Assembly: GCA_020849765.1 (NCBI GenBank)
Contig: JADLAY010000017.1
Location: forward strand, 44,906 to 108,905
Source of the DNA: Anaerolineae bacterium
GTDB taxonomy: Bacteria > Chloroflexota > Anaerolineae > Aggregatilineales > Phototrophicaceae
Reading direction: 5' to 3'
Length of the DNA: 64,000 bases
In this document: positions 18,095 through 26,701 of the stretch, piece after piece
Numbering within the stretch: position 1 is the first letter of the stretch
How the letters are laid out: the number at the start of each line of letters is the position of its first letter
Notes under the pieces: model-generated
Databases searched by the model: none
What the model was told of the DNA's origin: nothing
What the model saw: only the letters and a program-made list of their open reading frames with translations
Position numbers and translations under genes: made by a program

Positions 18095-18329
18095 CTAGAC
18101 TCTCCGTTCAGTCAGGCGGGAGGCTCAATGGTAGCCGATACGCCCAGCTTTGCCAGGGCGGGAGTTTGAGGACAGAGGCACGCCGAAGCACTCATAGTCA
18201 GCCAGACTGGCTTACCGACGTACCATTTGCCAGACGACTTAAGAGGATCATCCTCCCCCATTTTCACGGGGGTTTCGACACTTGGCGTAGAAGATTTACA
18301 AATTTCTTCTATTTGGAAATTATCATGCT

Positions 18330-19367
18330 ATGGCATACGGCAATCGTATGAACTTCTACGGCCACACAAGCCTGATGGAAGGGTCGGTGAATATGAGTTT
18401 GGAGACATCTCACGTGCAGTTGGCGCAAGCGATGGCACATCTCGAAAAAGATGAAACAGCCGAAGCGTTGCGCTTGCTGAATGACCTGATTGAAAAGGTC
18501 GACCTCCTCGACGCGCATCGTTTGCGCTTCACCATCTTGATAAAACGAATCGACAATCCCCATGATCTACGCGCATCACTGGACGTGTTGCGAACGGAAG
18601 CCCCTGATATATACAGCGCCGGGTTGGTGGAACTCGAGACTCAAATTCACAATCGTTTGAGCGAATTGCAGGACGGGATTACCGAAGCCACGCAGCGTGC
18701 CGAGATGCAGTCGTACCTCGACGAATACGACGCACTTGTGGTGTTGAGCGACCTGTTCCCCGTCATTCAGGTTGCCCGTGGGCTGGGCTATATGGCCGCC
18801 GCTCGCATCAGGGACAAAAAGGGGCAACCGGGCACCGAATCCCCCTACGAACATCTGCGGAGATTGCTCGCTAAAGACATGGCGGTCCCTTTCATGCGCG
18901 AACGTAATGAAACGGACAGCGTCGACGATACACAGGCCGAAAGGTGGCGCATGACCGCAGAACAGGCACTGTCTGCGGCGCTGATTTCCTTAACGCCGAA
19001 TCATCCATCCGTTGTCGAGATCCATGAAGTCTTAGGGATGCTCTACGAGGGCATGCATGAATACAGCAAGGCACTGCGGTCCTTTCAGGCCGCAATAGAG
19101 CACGGCAGCAGCAACATGGAGGACAAGGTACACGAACTCACAACGAAGATCAAACAGGAAACAGAGCGTCTGGCACTGGAGCGAGTCGATTCACTCCTGG
19201 CGAACCAACACCTGGACGAAGCCGAAACCTGCCTGGCGGAGTATGCGCCAGATGCGTTGACCGATGCCTGGCACTTACGTTATGCGGAACTCGCATTGCT
19301 ACGTGGTGACCGCGAAACAGCAATGCATCACTACGCCCTCATCCTGCCCCTTGTCCACAACAAATGA
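18330..19367 (+). CDS. hypothetical alpha-helical protein (partner of the downstream P-loop ATPase)
   Basis: 345-aa ORF with no recognisable motif. 15-bp gap to the next gene. Region looks lower in GC than its flanks. True start may be an internal Met (e.g. MSLETSHV). Confidence 0.55.
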   Translation: MAYGNRMNFYGHTSLMEGSVNMSLETSHVQLAQAMAHLEKDETAEALRLLNDLIEKVDLLDAHRLRFTILIKRIDNPHDLRASLDVLRTEAPDIYSAGLVELETQIHNRLSELQDGITEATQRAEMQSYLDEYDALVVLSDLFPVIQVARGLGYMAAARIRDKKGQPGTESPYEHLRRLLAKDMAVPFMRERNETDSVDDTQAERWRMTAEQALSAALISLTPNHPSVVEIHEVLGMLYEGMHEYSKALRSFQAAIEHGSSNMEDKVHELTTKIKQETERLALERVDSLLANQHLDEAETCLAEYAPDALTDAWHLRYAELALLRGDRETAMHHYALILPLVHNK

Positions 19368-19382
19368 GCAAGGAGATACCTG

Positions 19383-22124
19383 ATGGACTGGAATGATCCT
19401 TTCGTTGTGAGTAAAGCCTACGCGAAACTCCGCTCCATCGATCCGCCTGTCAATGCCGGATCAGATGCGGCTGTCCTTCCTCACGTGGCATTCAACGTGC
19501 CCGCCGATGACGTCAGGCGCCGAGCGCTTGCGGGTGTGCTTCATCTTCATCGCCAGGGTCGCCAGCAGTTTGATTTTCTGCCGCACCTGGAGACAGCCCT
19601 CCTATATGGCGACTTCGATGAGGAGACCAAACGCACGCTGCGCGCTGAAATCCGGGCGATTGAACGCGAGCGCCAGCAAGCTGCTTTTGCGACGATTCGC
19701 AGACTCAAGCGGAAGAAACTGCATGTCCAACCGAAACGCCGTTCGACAACCCGCCAACCCGCATCGTTTGTGATGCAGGTGACCGACGATAGCTGCATCG
19801 TCCGCTTTGGCTACCGGCTCACTAACGTGCGCGCAGTGCGCTTTGACATGCCCGTCGAGGCGGAAGGCGCGGCGTTACTCAGAACGCTGACTCAGGCTGT
19901 TGAAATCTGGAAAGACCGCCTCAGCCTGGGCCTTGAAGCTGACTTTACCTGGCGCTATTCCAGCGAGGCTCACCGTGTGAATCTGGAGTTGCTGGTTGAG
20001 CTTCATTTGCCGGAACCTGAAATGGCGGAGGAAGTCGTTCGTGGCCTACAAACCATCATTGAAAACCAACAGCCATTTCCCGAAGTCTATCATTTTGCGC
20101 GAATCGTCGAAAGGAAGCATCTTAAGAATTTCTACGGCAGCACATCGTTTGCCAGCGTCGCGGAGATCGTGCGCCATGAAGGTGTGATGGAGTATGAAGG
20201 GAAGAACCTCTATGTGATCTTTCCGGTGAAGGTGGATAGCGACCGCTTACACGATCTCATGGTCTACCTGCGTAGCGCAACGGATGGCAACGTCATCGAC
20301 ATCAAGATACGCCCCTCTGCGGTGACGCGCTCAGAGATCGATGCCGCTCTCGAGGCTATCACCATTGGCGTGAGTTATTATGACGAGGACAGCGAAGAGA
20401 TTCGGCTGAAAATGTCGGAAGGCGCGATCTTTGACCATCAATGGCTGAAAGCGCTGGATGCTTACCGGATGATGCTTTCCCAGATCCACAGCCAGGCTTA
20501 CGAAGTGCGCCTGCGTGTTGCCAGCAAAACGGATATCGACATCTTGCCGCTCGCCACGTTGGCCGGGCGTTCGCTCCTTGGCCTGGGAGCCTTCGACGTG
20601 ATTCCGGCGGCCTATGGTGCTCGGTCAATCGCCCTTGACGATCTGTCACCTCGCACCCGCGCCCCGGCAGAACTATCTCGGTTGCGCCGCATGTGGTCGC
20701 TTGTCGAAACAGCTTTTGTCACCCGCCTGCCACGACCATCTGCGGCGGGCATACCGGGAATCCCAATGACCCAGGTTAAGCCCCACCGGATACCCTCCGG
20801 GCTGCCTGAAGAGGGCTGTGTACTTGGACAGGTCACATCACAGGGAGAAACCACACCCACCCTGGTAAAACTACCTTACGTCGACCGCACACGACATGTC
20901 TATGTCGTCGGCCGAACCGGCACCGGCAAAACGACCATGCTGCATAACATGGCGCTGCAAGACATCGAAAATGGGCATGGTGTTGGGGTGATCGACCCCC
21001 ATGGCGACTTGATCGATGCGTTGTTGGAGCGCATACCGCACCATAGAGCCGGGGATGTTGTCCTGTTTGACCCTGGGGATATCTCGCGCCCGGTGGGTTT
21101 GAATTTGCTCGACGTGGAGGGCCCCATTGCGCAGAATTTGGCTGTCGCCGATTTTATTGGCTTGATGTACAGCATGTACGATCCGGGCCACACCGGGATC
21201 GTCGGCCCTCGATTCGAGCAAAGCGTGCGCAACAGCATGTACACCGCGATGGCAATACCCGGTGCGACCATCATCGACGTGCTGCGCATTATTAGCGATA
21301 ACCGGTACAGTCACGACGTCCAGAAGTATCTCACCGATCCGATTGTCAAAGACTATTGGGAGAAGATATACGACAGCCAGAGTGACTTTCATCGCAGCGA
21401 AGTCAAAGACTACATCACCAGCAAGTTCAGCCGCTTCACATCCGATCGTATGGTGCGGCAGATTATCGGCCAATCCAAGACCAGTCTCAATTTCGCCGAC
21501 ATTTTCAACAACAAGAAGATTCTGCTCGTCAATCTGGCGAAAGGGCGTATCGGCGAGTTCAACAGCCAGTTCCTGGGCTTCATTCTCGTATCGCAATTGT
21601 TGATTGCCGCATTCCAACGTGTGAACCAGGCTGTTGATCTGCGTATCCCATACTATCTGTACATTGATGAGTTTCAGAACTTCGCCACACCCGGCCTGGG
21701 GGCCATGCTTTCGGAGGGGCGAAAATATGGACTGGCGCTCACGCTGGCGCATCAATTCATCCATCAGCTGGATGTCAAAATCCGTGAAGCGGTTTTCGGT
21801 AACGTAGGCACTATCTGCGCTTTCCAGGTTGGGTTGCAGGATGCAGAGTATCTGGCTCGCGAGATGTACCCCGTCTTTGGCACTGACGATCTGGTCAATT
21901 TGCCAGCATATCATGCCGCGTCCAAGATTTTGGCGCACAAACAGACCCTGATGCCGTTTGTGATGCAGACGCTGCCCGAACAGAATCAGCCGCGAAAGGA
22001 AGTTGCTGACGCCATCCGGACTTTCAGTGGCCTGACATATGGGAGTAACGCGGCTGTCGTCGAAGACAACATTCGCGCTCAATTCGCGCTGCCCCTACAG
22101 AAACGTATGGAGCTGCTGACCTGA
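19383..22124 (+). CDS. FtsK/HerA/TraG-superfamily P-loop NTPase with large N-terminal domain of unknown function
   Basis: Walker A VVGRTGTGKT at about aa 505, IDPHGDL, Walker B YLYIDEFQNF, then EGRKYGLALTLAHQ (arginine-finger/Q motif typical of the HerA/FtsK/VirD4 clade). No TM segment. First ~470 aa uncharacterised. Confidence 0.75.
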   Translation: MDWNDPFVVSKAYAKLRSIDPPVNAGSDAAVLPHVAFNVPADDVRRRALAGVLHLHRQGRQQFDFLPHLETALLYGDFDEETKRTLRAEIRAIERERQQAAFATIRRLKRKKLHVQPKRRSTTRQPASFVMQVTDDSCIVRFGYRLTNVRAVRFDMPVEAEGAALLRTLTQAVEIWKDRLSLGLEADFTWRYSSEAHRVNLELLVELHLPEPEMAEEVVRGLQTIIENQQPFPEVYHFARIVERKHLKNFYGSTSFASVAEIVRHEGVMEYEGKNLYVIFPVKVDSDRLHDLMVYLRSATDGNVIDIKIRPSAVTRSEIDAALEAITIGVSYYDEDSEEIRLKMSEGAIFDHQWLKALDAYRMMLSQIHSQAYEVRLRVASKTDIDILPLATLAGRSLLGLGAFDVIPAAYGARSIALDDLSPRTRAPAELSRLRRMWSLVETAFVTRLPRPSAAGIPGIPMTQVKPHRIPSGLPEEGCVLGQVTSQGETTPTLVKLPYVDRTRHVYVVGRTGTGKTTMLHNMALQDIENGHGVGVIDPHGDLIDALLERIPHHRAGDVVLFDPGDISRPVGLNLLDVEGPIAQNLAVADFIGLMYSMYDPGHTGIVGPRFEQSVRNSMYTAMAIPGATIIDVLRIISDNRYSHDVQKYLTDPIVKDYWEKIYDSQSDFHRSEVKDYITSKFSRFTSDRMVRQIIGQSKTSLNFADIFNNKKILLVNLAKGRIGEFNSQFLGFILVSQLLIAAFQRVNQAVDLRIPYYLYIDEFQNFATPGLGAMLSEGRKYGLALTLAHQFIHQLDVKIREAVFGNVGTICAFQVGLQDAEYLAREMYPVFGTDDLVNLPAYHAASKILAHKQTLMPFVMQTLPEQNQPRKEVADAIRTFSGLTYGSNAAVVEDNIRAQFALPLQKRMELLT

Positions 22125-22566
22125 CAACCCGTAATGCAAAGGCAAGAATGCCACAGAGCATAAGGCGAAGACTGGCTTCAGGTGAGCAAGTACCAACGGC
22201 CAATGAGGCGAGAACTGCCGTCAGGGGTCGTCGGCAGTCACCTGTGGCAATACCCAGGACGTTCAACCAGCGGCGAAGATCGGCTTGAGGACGAGCGCGC
22301 CGCCGAGGCAGACGAAGATGTAGACGAGATTGACGACCGCGCGGGTCGCCCAGGGATGGTGCGAGAAATCGAGCCCGACCGCGCGCCCAACGATCACAAC
22401 GACGGTCGCCAGGTCGTGCAGGCCCGCCCGAAATGACGAACGTCATCAGCAGCGCGATCACACAGCGTGGGATTCGGCCTCTCACACGGAAGGCTCATGC
22501 AACCGATGCTAACGCGGCGGCGTATACGGGGTTACGACTCGTGAACACAAATGCAGGGCATTGATC

Positions 22567-23271
22567 ATGGCGAAGGCACAACCGCAGACGTCCAGGCGAC
22601 ATTCGTGGATCGGCCCGATCCTTGCCGCGGTGATGTTCATCGCCGTCACCGGCGGGCTGATCTACGCCATGAATACGCTCGGCACGGAGCGCTTGCAGCA
22701 GATCGTGCGCGACGCCGGGCCGCTCGCCCCGCTGATCTACATCCTGCTGCGCGCGGCGACCTACGTTTTCGCCCCGCTAACGACCGGCCCGATCCAGATC
22801 GCGAGCGGCGCATTGTTCGGCGTCTGGGGCGGCATTATCCTGTCGGTCATCGGCGAGACGCTCGGCGGCAGCATCAACTTCTTCATCGGGCGGCGCTTTG
22901 GGCGCCCGGTCGCGCTGCGGCTGGCCGGTGAGGAAGGGCTGAAGAAAGCTGAGGAGTACTACCAGCTCGTCGGCGATTGGCGCGGGCTGGTCGTCGCGCG
23001 GTTGGTGCTGTTCGCCATCTGGGACTTCCTCAGCTACGTGATCGGCTTCACGCCCGCGAAGTTCATCCATTACCTGCTCGTGTCGCTGTTCGTCGGCGCC
23101 ATCCCGACGGCAGCGGCCGTCTTCCTCGGCTCACAGTTAGGCGGCGACAATCAAACACTGCTGATCGTCGGCCTGATCGTCCTCTGCGTCGTCTTGCTGC
23201 TGCCGGTGCTGTTCAGCAAGCGCATCCGCCATTGGATGAGCACGCGCGGTTCCGCCAAACCCGGGTTGTAA
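22567..23271 (+). CDS. TVP38/TMEM64 (DedA-like, SNARE-associated) family membrane protein
   Basis: Polytopic membrane protein with family-typical G-rich motifs (FGVWGG, GETLGGSINFFIGRRFGR). ATG at 22567, with a TTG three codons upstream. Confidence 0.8.
   Translation: MAKAQPQTSRRHSWIGPILAAVMFIAVTGGLIYAMNTLGTERLQQIVRDAGPLAPLIYILLRAATYVFAPLTTGPIQIASGALFGVWGGIILSVIGETLGGSINFFIGRRFGRPVALRLAGEEGLKKAEEYYQLVGDWRGLVVARLVLFAIWDFLSYVIGFTPAKFIHYLLVSLFVGAIPTAAAVFLGSQLGGDNQTLLIVGLIVLCVVLLLPVLFSKRIRHWMSTRGSAKPGL
23158..23249 (+). repeat. direct repeat copy 1 (3' end of DedA-family gene)
   Basis: 92 bp, identical at about 89/92 positions to 24104..24195. Flanks the merB-like gene. Confidence 0.85.
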
Positions 23272-23359
23272 GCAGGTGATGGGTTTGCTGCAGCAGGGAT
23301 TAGCCGACTATACTGACACAAAGACTGAGTAGGCTATCAGAAGACAAACGGAGGCACGG

Positions 23360-24061
23360 ATGATGGATGCCAGTTTGATTCAACAAGCATATACCAGCAT
23401 TCAGCAGCACTTTGTCGAAACGGGACGCGCTCCACATTACACCGAATTAGCCTCGCTCCTGAGGATTACGCCCGACGAGGCACGCGCAGTCCAAAGCGCC
23501 GCAGCCAAAGCCGGTGTCGGGTGCTGGATTAGCGCAGACACCGATTACATCGCCTCATGGGCACCCTTCTCAAACATCCCCACCCAGTATCTCGTCACGG
23601 TAGACGGCCAACAAAAATGGTATGCGCAGTGAGGCCTGGAATCGCTGGCCGTGGGCTGGCTCTTTCCGGGCAAGGAAGTGCGCATAGAAGCGCGCTGTCT
23701 TGATTGCGGCGAGTCTATCCTCGTGCGCACAAAGGATGGCGAACTTCTGGACGCAAATCCGGACACCATTATCGGGCACATCAGCCTTCCCATCCGCCAA
23801 TGGGGAGCCGTCGCCAACGCCTTCCTCTGAAGTCACATCAATCTCTTCCGGTCGGAAGAACATGCGAAAAACTGGTTGCTCTATGATCCGTTGTCCGAGG
23901 AGTCGATCATGTCGCTGGCGGAGTGGATGCGGCTTGTCCGTGTCGGCTTGTGGCGCAACCGACTGCAGCCGGATTATCTCGCGCGGGTAGGCGAGTATCG
24001 CGCTGAGTTCCTGGCTACGGTGCATGAGATGGGCAAGACAGGCCCCTTCTGGCAGGTTTGA
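23360..24061 (+). CDS. organomercurial lyase MerB-family protein with two in-frame TGA codons (candidate selenoprotein, alternatively a pseudogene)
   Basis: The three same-frame ORF pieces (23360-23632, 23633-23830, 23876-24061) align end-to-end with MerB. This includes the N-terminal HTH-like region, and YAQ-TGA-GLE opposite YAW-C96-ALD99 and AFL-TGA-SHINLF opposite SFC-C159/160-HVHFF. GGAGG RBS before the ATG at 23360. Confidence 0.5.
23645..23659 (+). other. hairpin 12 nt downstream of first in-frame TGA (candidate bacterial SECIS-like element)
   Basis: CUGGCC-GUG-GGCUGG: 6-bp stem with two G-U pairs, loop GUG. Hand-folded only. Confidence 0.25.
23844..23859 (+). other. hairpin 13 nt downstream of second in-frame TGA (candidate bacterial SECIS-like element)
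   Basis: UCUUCC-GGUC-GGAAGA: perfect 6-bp stem with a GGUC loop, reminiscent of the G/U-containing apical loop of the E. coli fdhF SECIS. Confidence 0.35.
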
Positions 24062-24082
24062 TAGACCAGGAAACAACTTTAG

Positions 24083-24098
24083 AGAGCTGATGCTCTCC
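24083..24098 (+). terminator. small hairpin after merB-like gene
   Basis: GAGAGC-TGAT-GCTCTC. Confidence 0.3.
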
Positions 24099-24103
24099 AA
24101 ATG

Positions 24104-24195
24104 CTGCTGATCGTCGGCCTGATCGTCCTCTACGTCGTCTTGCTGCTGCCGGTGCTGCTCAGCAAGCGCATCCGCCACTGGATGAGCACGCGCGG
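24104..24195 (+). repeat. direct repeat copy 2 (duplicated 3' fragment of DedA-family gene, downstream of merB-like gene)
   Basis: Encodes a remnant MLLIVGLIVLYVVLLLPVLLSKRIRHWMSTRG, matching the C-terminus of the 22567..23271 product. Confidence 0.85.
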
Positions 24196-24321
24196 CACCT
24201 CCAAAGGCGACTGCTGAGCCGTAAATTCACACGAAACCCGCGAAACGTAGGTCACGAGTCGGGTAGCGCGGCGCATTCTGTGGCAGGATCGGGCCGTCGC
24301 TCAGCGAATGGAGTACTGCCC

Positions 24322-24717
24322 ATGACACATACTCAGACTCAGTCATCCATCACGCCGTTCATGCTCGTGATCGGCATCGCCGTCGCGCTCTTCCTCGTGA
24401 GCATCGTCGCGCCGTTTTACGCCCTGGGGCTGCATCTCGAACCGGCCAATCTGGTCGCGGGCGGCAGCTTCGATCCGAAAGGCTTCGAACTGACCGGTGG
24501 CTGGCTGCGCATGGTCGGCTTCCTCACGCTCACGCTCGGCCCGCTGGCCGTGGCCGTCTGCGGCGGCCTGATCGCCTTCCGCCTGCTGCGACGCGGGGAT
24601 CAGCTTCCCAGCCGTCTGCGCCTCTACGGGGTGATCAGCTGCGCGGCAGCCATCGGCCTGTGGCTGTTCATCTTCTCGCCGCTGGGCCGCTTGATCCTGG
24701 CCTGGTTTCTCGACTAG
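24322..24717 (+). CDS. hypothetical membrane protein
   Basis: Start MTHTQTQSS with GGAG 9 nt upstream. Four hydrophobic helices, no known motif. Confidence 0.5.
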   Translation: MTHTQTQSSITPFMLVIGIAVALFLVSIVAPFYALGLHLEPANLVAGGSFDPKGFELTGGWLRMVGFLTLTLGPLAVAVCGGLIAFRLLRRGDQLPSRLRLYGVISCAAAIGLWLFIFSPLGRLILAWFLD

Positions 24718-25862
24718 CCAGCAGGGCGAATACTCGAGGCAGCTTCGATATGAGCGGAGGCTGCCTCTGTCCATGCATCCGCATGGCCGATCGCCCCCTC
24801 CAGCACATCCTCTCGCAAGATCTGCCTCATCTTCTCCGGTTGTTCGTGGAACGGACTGTGAGCGGACTGCTCGAAGGTGTAGAAGCCCTTCAGAGGTGCT
24901 TTGATCTGCTCGAAGTATGCCCTGGCTTCCGGATAGGATGTCGTGTAATCGTGGCTGCCATGCACGAAATAGACGGGCAGCTTCAGTTCCGTCACCACTT
25001 GCGTCAGATCGGTGGCGAGGAGCTGCTCCCACAAGACGGCCCTGGAGAAGAACTTGCCGCGCCACAGGCTGATCTTTTCGCTGACCGTGTATTCCGGGCT
25101 CAGCCAAGATCGCAGGAAGATGCCCGTGATGACCGACCTCATGTCGCGCGTCGTGCCGATGCCAAGGCTGTGCATGGCGTCGTCGCGCAGTGCGTTGTAC
25201 GCCGCGGGCAGCCCATCCGTCATCGTGACGGGCGCTTGCTCTAGCTTGCGCGCCATCCTCCGGTTGCCGTTGGCCTTGAACTGCTGAAGCATGTAGTCGT
25301 AGGCCCACTTTTCGGACTTCAGCTGGTACGTCACCTGGCTGATGCCGATGTAGGCGTGATAGATTTCCGGTGTCCGTGCCGCGACTTGCAGACCGAGAAA
25401 GCTGCCCCAGGAATGCCCCATCAGGTAGATCTTGTCTTGACCAAAGCGCTGGCGCAGATAATTCGTGACTTCGAGCGTATCCGCGATCAGTTGCTCCACG
25501 GTGAGGGTCGCCGCGGACATCCCGGCATGGTAGGAGAGACCTGCGCCGCGCTGTTCCCACCAGCAGACGGTGAAGTCGTTCTCCAGATCCGCCGGATAAC
25601 GCCGGTTGAGGAAGTATGTCGGCATTCCAGGGCCGCCGTGAAGGAAGAGCAGCACCGGCTTCGATAGATCCTTGCTCCTGATGAACATGCCCTGGGCCAG
25701 GCCGTTGATGTTGACATGGATCTTTTCGGACAGGCTGCCCGTCAGTGGGTTGCCATCTTCATCGAGGAGCGGCGCCGGTCTTCCGTGACTCCAGAGCAGC
25801 AGCGCGCCGACCGGCATGAGAAGGCAAATCAACAGGATCGTGATTGCAGGCAACATAGGCAT
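24714..25862 (-). CDS. alpha/beta hydrolase (proline iminopeptidase / S33-like)
   Basis: HGGPG oxyanion motif, GHSWG nucleophile elbow, N-terminal signal/anchor. Confidence 0.85.
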   Translation of the reverse strand: MPMLPAITILLICLLMPVGALLLWSHGRPAPLLDEDGNPLTGSLSEKIHVNINGLAQGMFIRSKDLSKPVLLFLHGGPGMPTYFLNRRYPADLENDFTVCWWEQRGAGLSYHAGMSAATLTVEQLIADTLEVTNYLRQRFGQDKIYLMGHSWGSFLGLQVAARTPEIYHAYIGISQVTYQLKSEKWAYDYMLQQFKANGNRRMARKLEQAPVTMTDGLPAAYNALRDDAMHSLGIGTTRDMRSVITGIFLRSWLSPEYTVSEKISLWRGKFFSRAVLWEQLLATDLTQVVTELKLPVYFVHGSHDYTTSYPEARAYFEQIKAPLKGFYTFEQSAHSPFHEQPEKMRQILREDVLEGAIGHADAWTEAASAHIEAASSIRPAG

Positions 25863-25942
25863 CCCGTTTCGCAGAGGGAAGGAGGGAAAATCGCCGGGCT
25901 TTGTCTCCGTTTGTCGTTGGGGGAATTAAGGTCACGCTAGAC

Positions 25943-25975
25943 GTGCCGGAGTCCGATAAGGCCGAACTCCGGCAC
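25943..25975 (-). terminator. hairpin downstream of greA
   Basis: GTGCCGGAGT-loop-ACTCCGGCAC. Confidence 0.5.
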
Positions 25976-25999
25976 GATTCTGCGCCGCAGCCGAGTCCG

Positions 26000-26494
26000 T
26001 TACGACTCGTTTACAGGCGTGCGCCTGATACGGCGGATGATGTAACGCAGGGTGCCATCCGGCACTTTGACTTCGATCACGTCGCCCTTCTGGCAGCCGA
26101 GCAGGATCTTGCCGACCGGCGATTCGACTGAGACGCCGTCGCCCAGGTAGGCGACTTCCTCGTGGCTGCGCAGGACGAAGGTATCCGTTTCGCTGGTGTC
26201 GATGTCTTCGATGGTGACTTCGTCGCCCATGTCGACGCGATGCGGATCGGGATCTTCCTCAATGATCTCCGCCCGGTCGAGCACCGAACGCAAATAATTG
26301 ATGCGCTCGTCCAGATATTCTTTCTGCACGCGCGATTCGTAATCCGTGCCCTCGTCGTCCGGCTGCAGACCGCCCTCGCGGCGGATGTCGATCAGCTGTT
26401 CGGTCACCTGACGCTGGCGCTCGAGTAAAGCGTCGAGCTCGCGCTTGAGATTGTCATAACCCTGGCGTGTGAGTGTGAAGTTTTCAGCAGCCAT
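26000..26494 (-). CDS. greA: transcription elongation factor GreA
   Basis: 164 aa. N-terminal coiled coil (MAAENFTLTRQGYDNLKRELDALL) and C-terminal FKBP-like domain. GGAGG RBS. The N-terminal extension of ORF 26000..26707 is rejected. Confidence 0.9.
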   Translation of the reverse strand: MAAENFTLTRQGYDNLKRELDALLERQRQVTEQLIDIRREGGLQPDDEGTDYESRVQKEYLDERINYLRSVLDRAEIIEEDPDPHRVDMGDEVTIEDIDTSETDTFVLRSHEEVAYLGDGVSVESPVGKILLGCQKGDVIEVKVPDGTLRYIIRRIRRTPVNES

Positions 26495-26701
26495 TGCACG
26501 CCTCCAATTGTGCGTGTGGTGATTATCCTGAATTGTAGGGCCTTTTGCCCGGACATAGGACAGGGTTCGCGGGTGATGTTCGGCATGTTTACCGGTTGGT
26601 GAGTGAATGGCGACATCTATGGTAATCGCCCCTGTTTCTGTGTAGGATGGAGACTGACACGCGACTCTGGCGTAATGGAGTAGTAAAGCAAGGATAAGCA
26701 G

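Noticed and set aside
22182-22512. 84-aa acidic ORF on the plus strand (22182..22436) and a minus-strand frame encoding ...VYIFVCLGGALVLKPIFAAG (about 22264..22441) in the intergenic region after the ATPase gene.
   Set aside because: Neither has a convincing start or RBS. The minus-strand frame lacks an ATG and looks like a remnant of a membrane-protein C-terminus. Possibly a decayed gene, not a called feature.
23360-24061. Simple reading of the merB-like locus as three separate small ORFs (23360..23632, an unlisted middle frame, 23876..24061).
   Set aside because: All three pieces are in one frame and align contiguously to MerB. The interruptions are exactly two TGA codons. A single gene (Sec-decoded or pseudogene) explains the data better than three genes.
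24101-24220. Small ORF MLLIVGLIVLYVVLLLPVLLSKRIRHWMSTRGTSKGDC.
   Set aside because: It is the duplicated 3' fragment of the DedA-family gene (direct repeat copy 2), not an independent gene.
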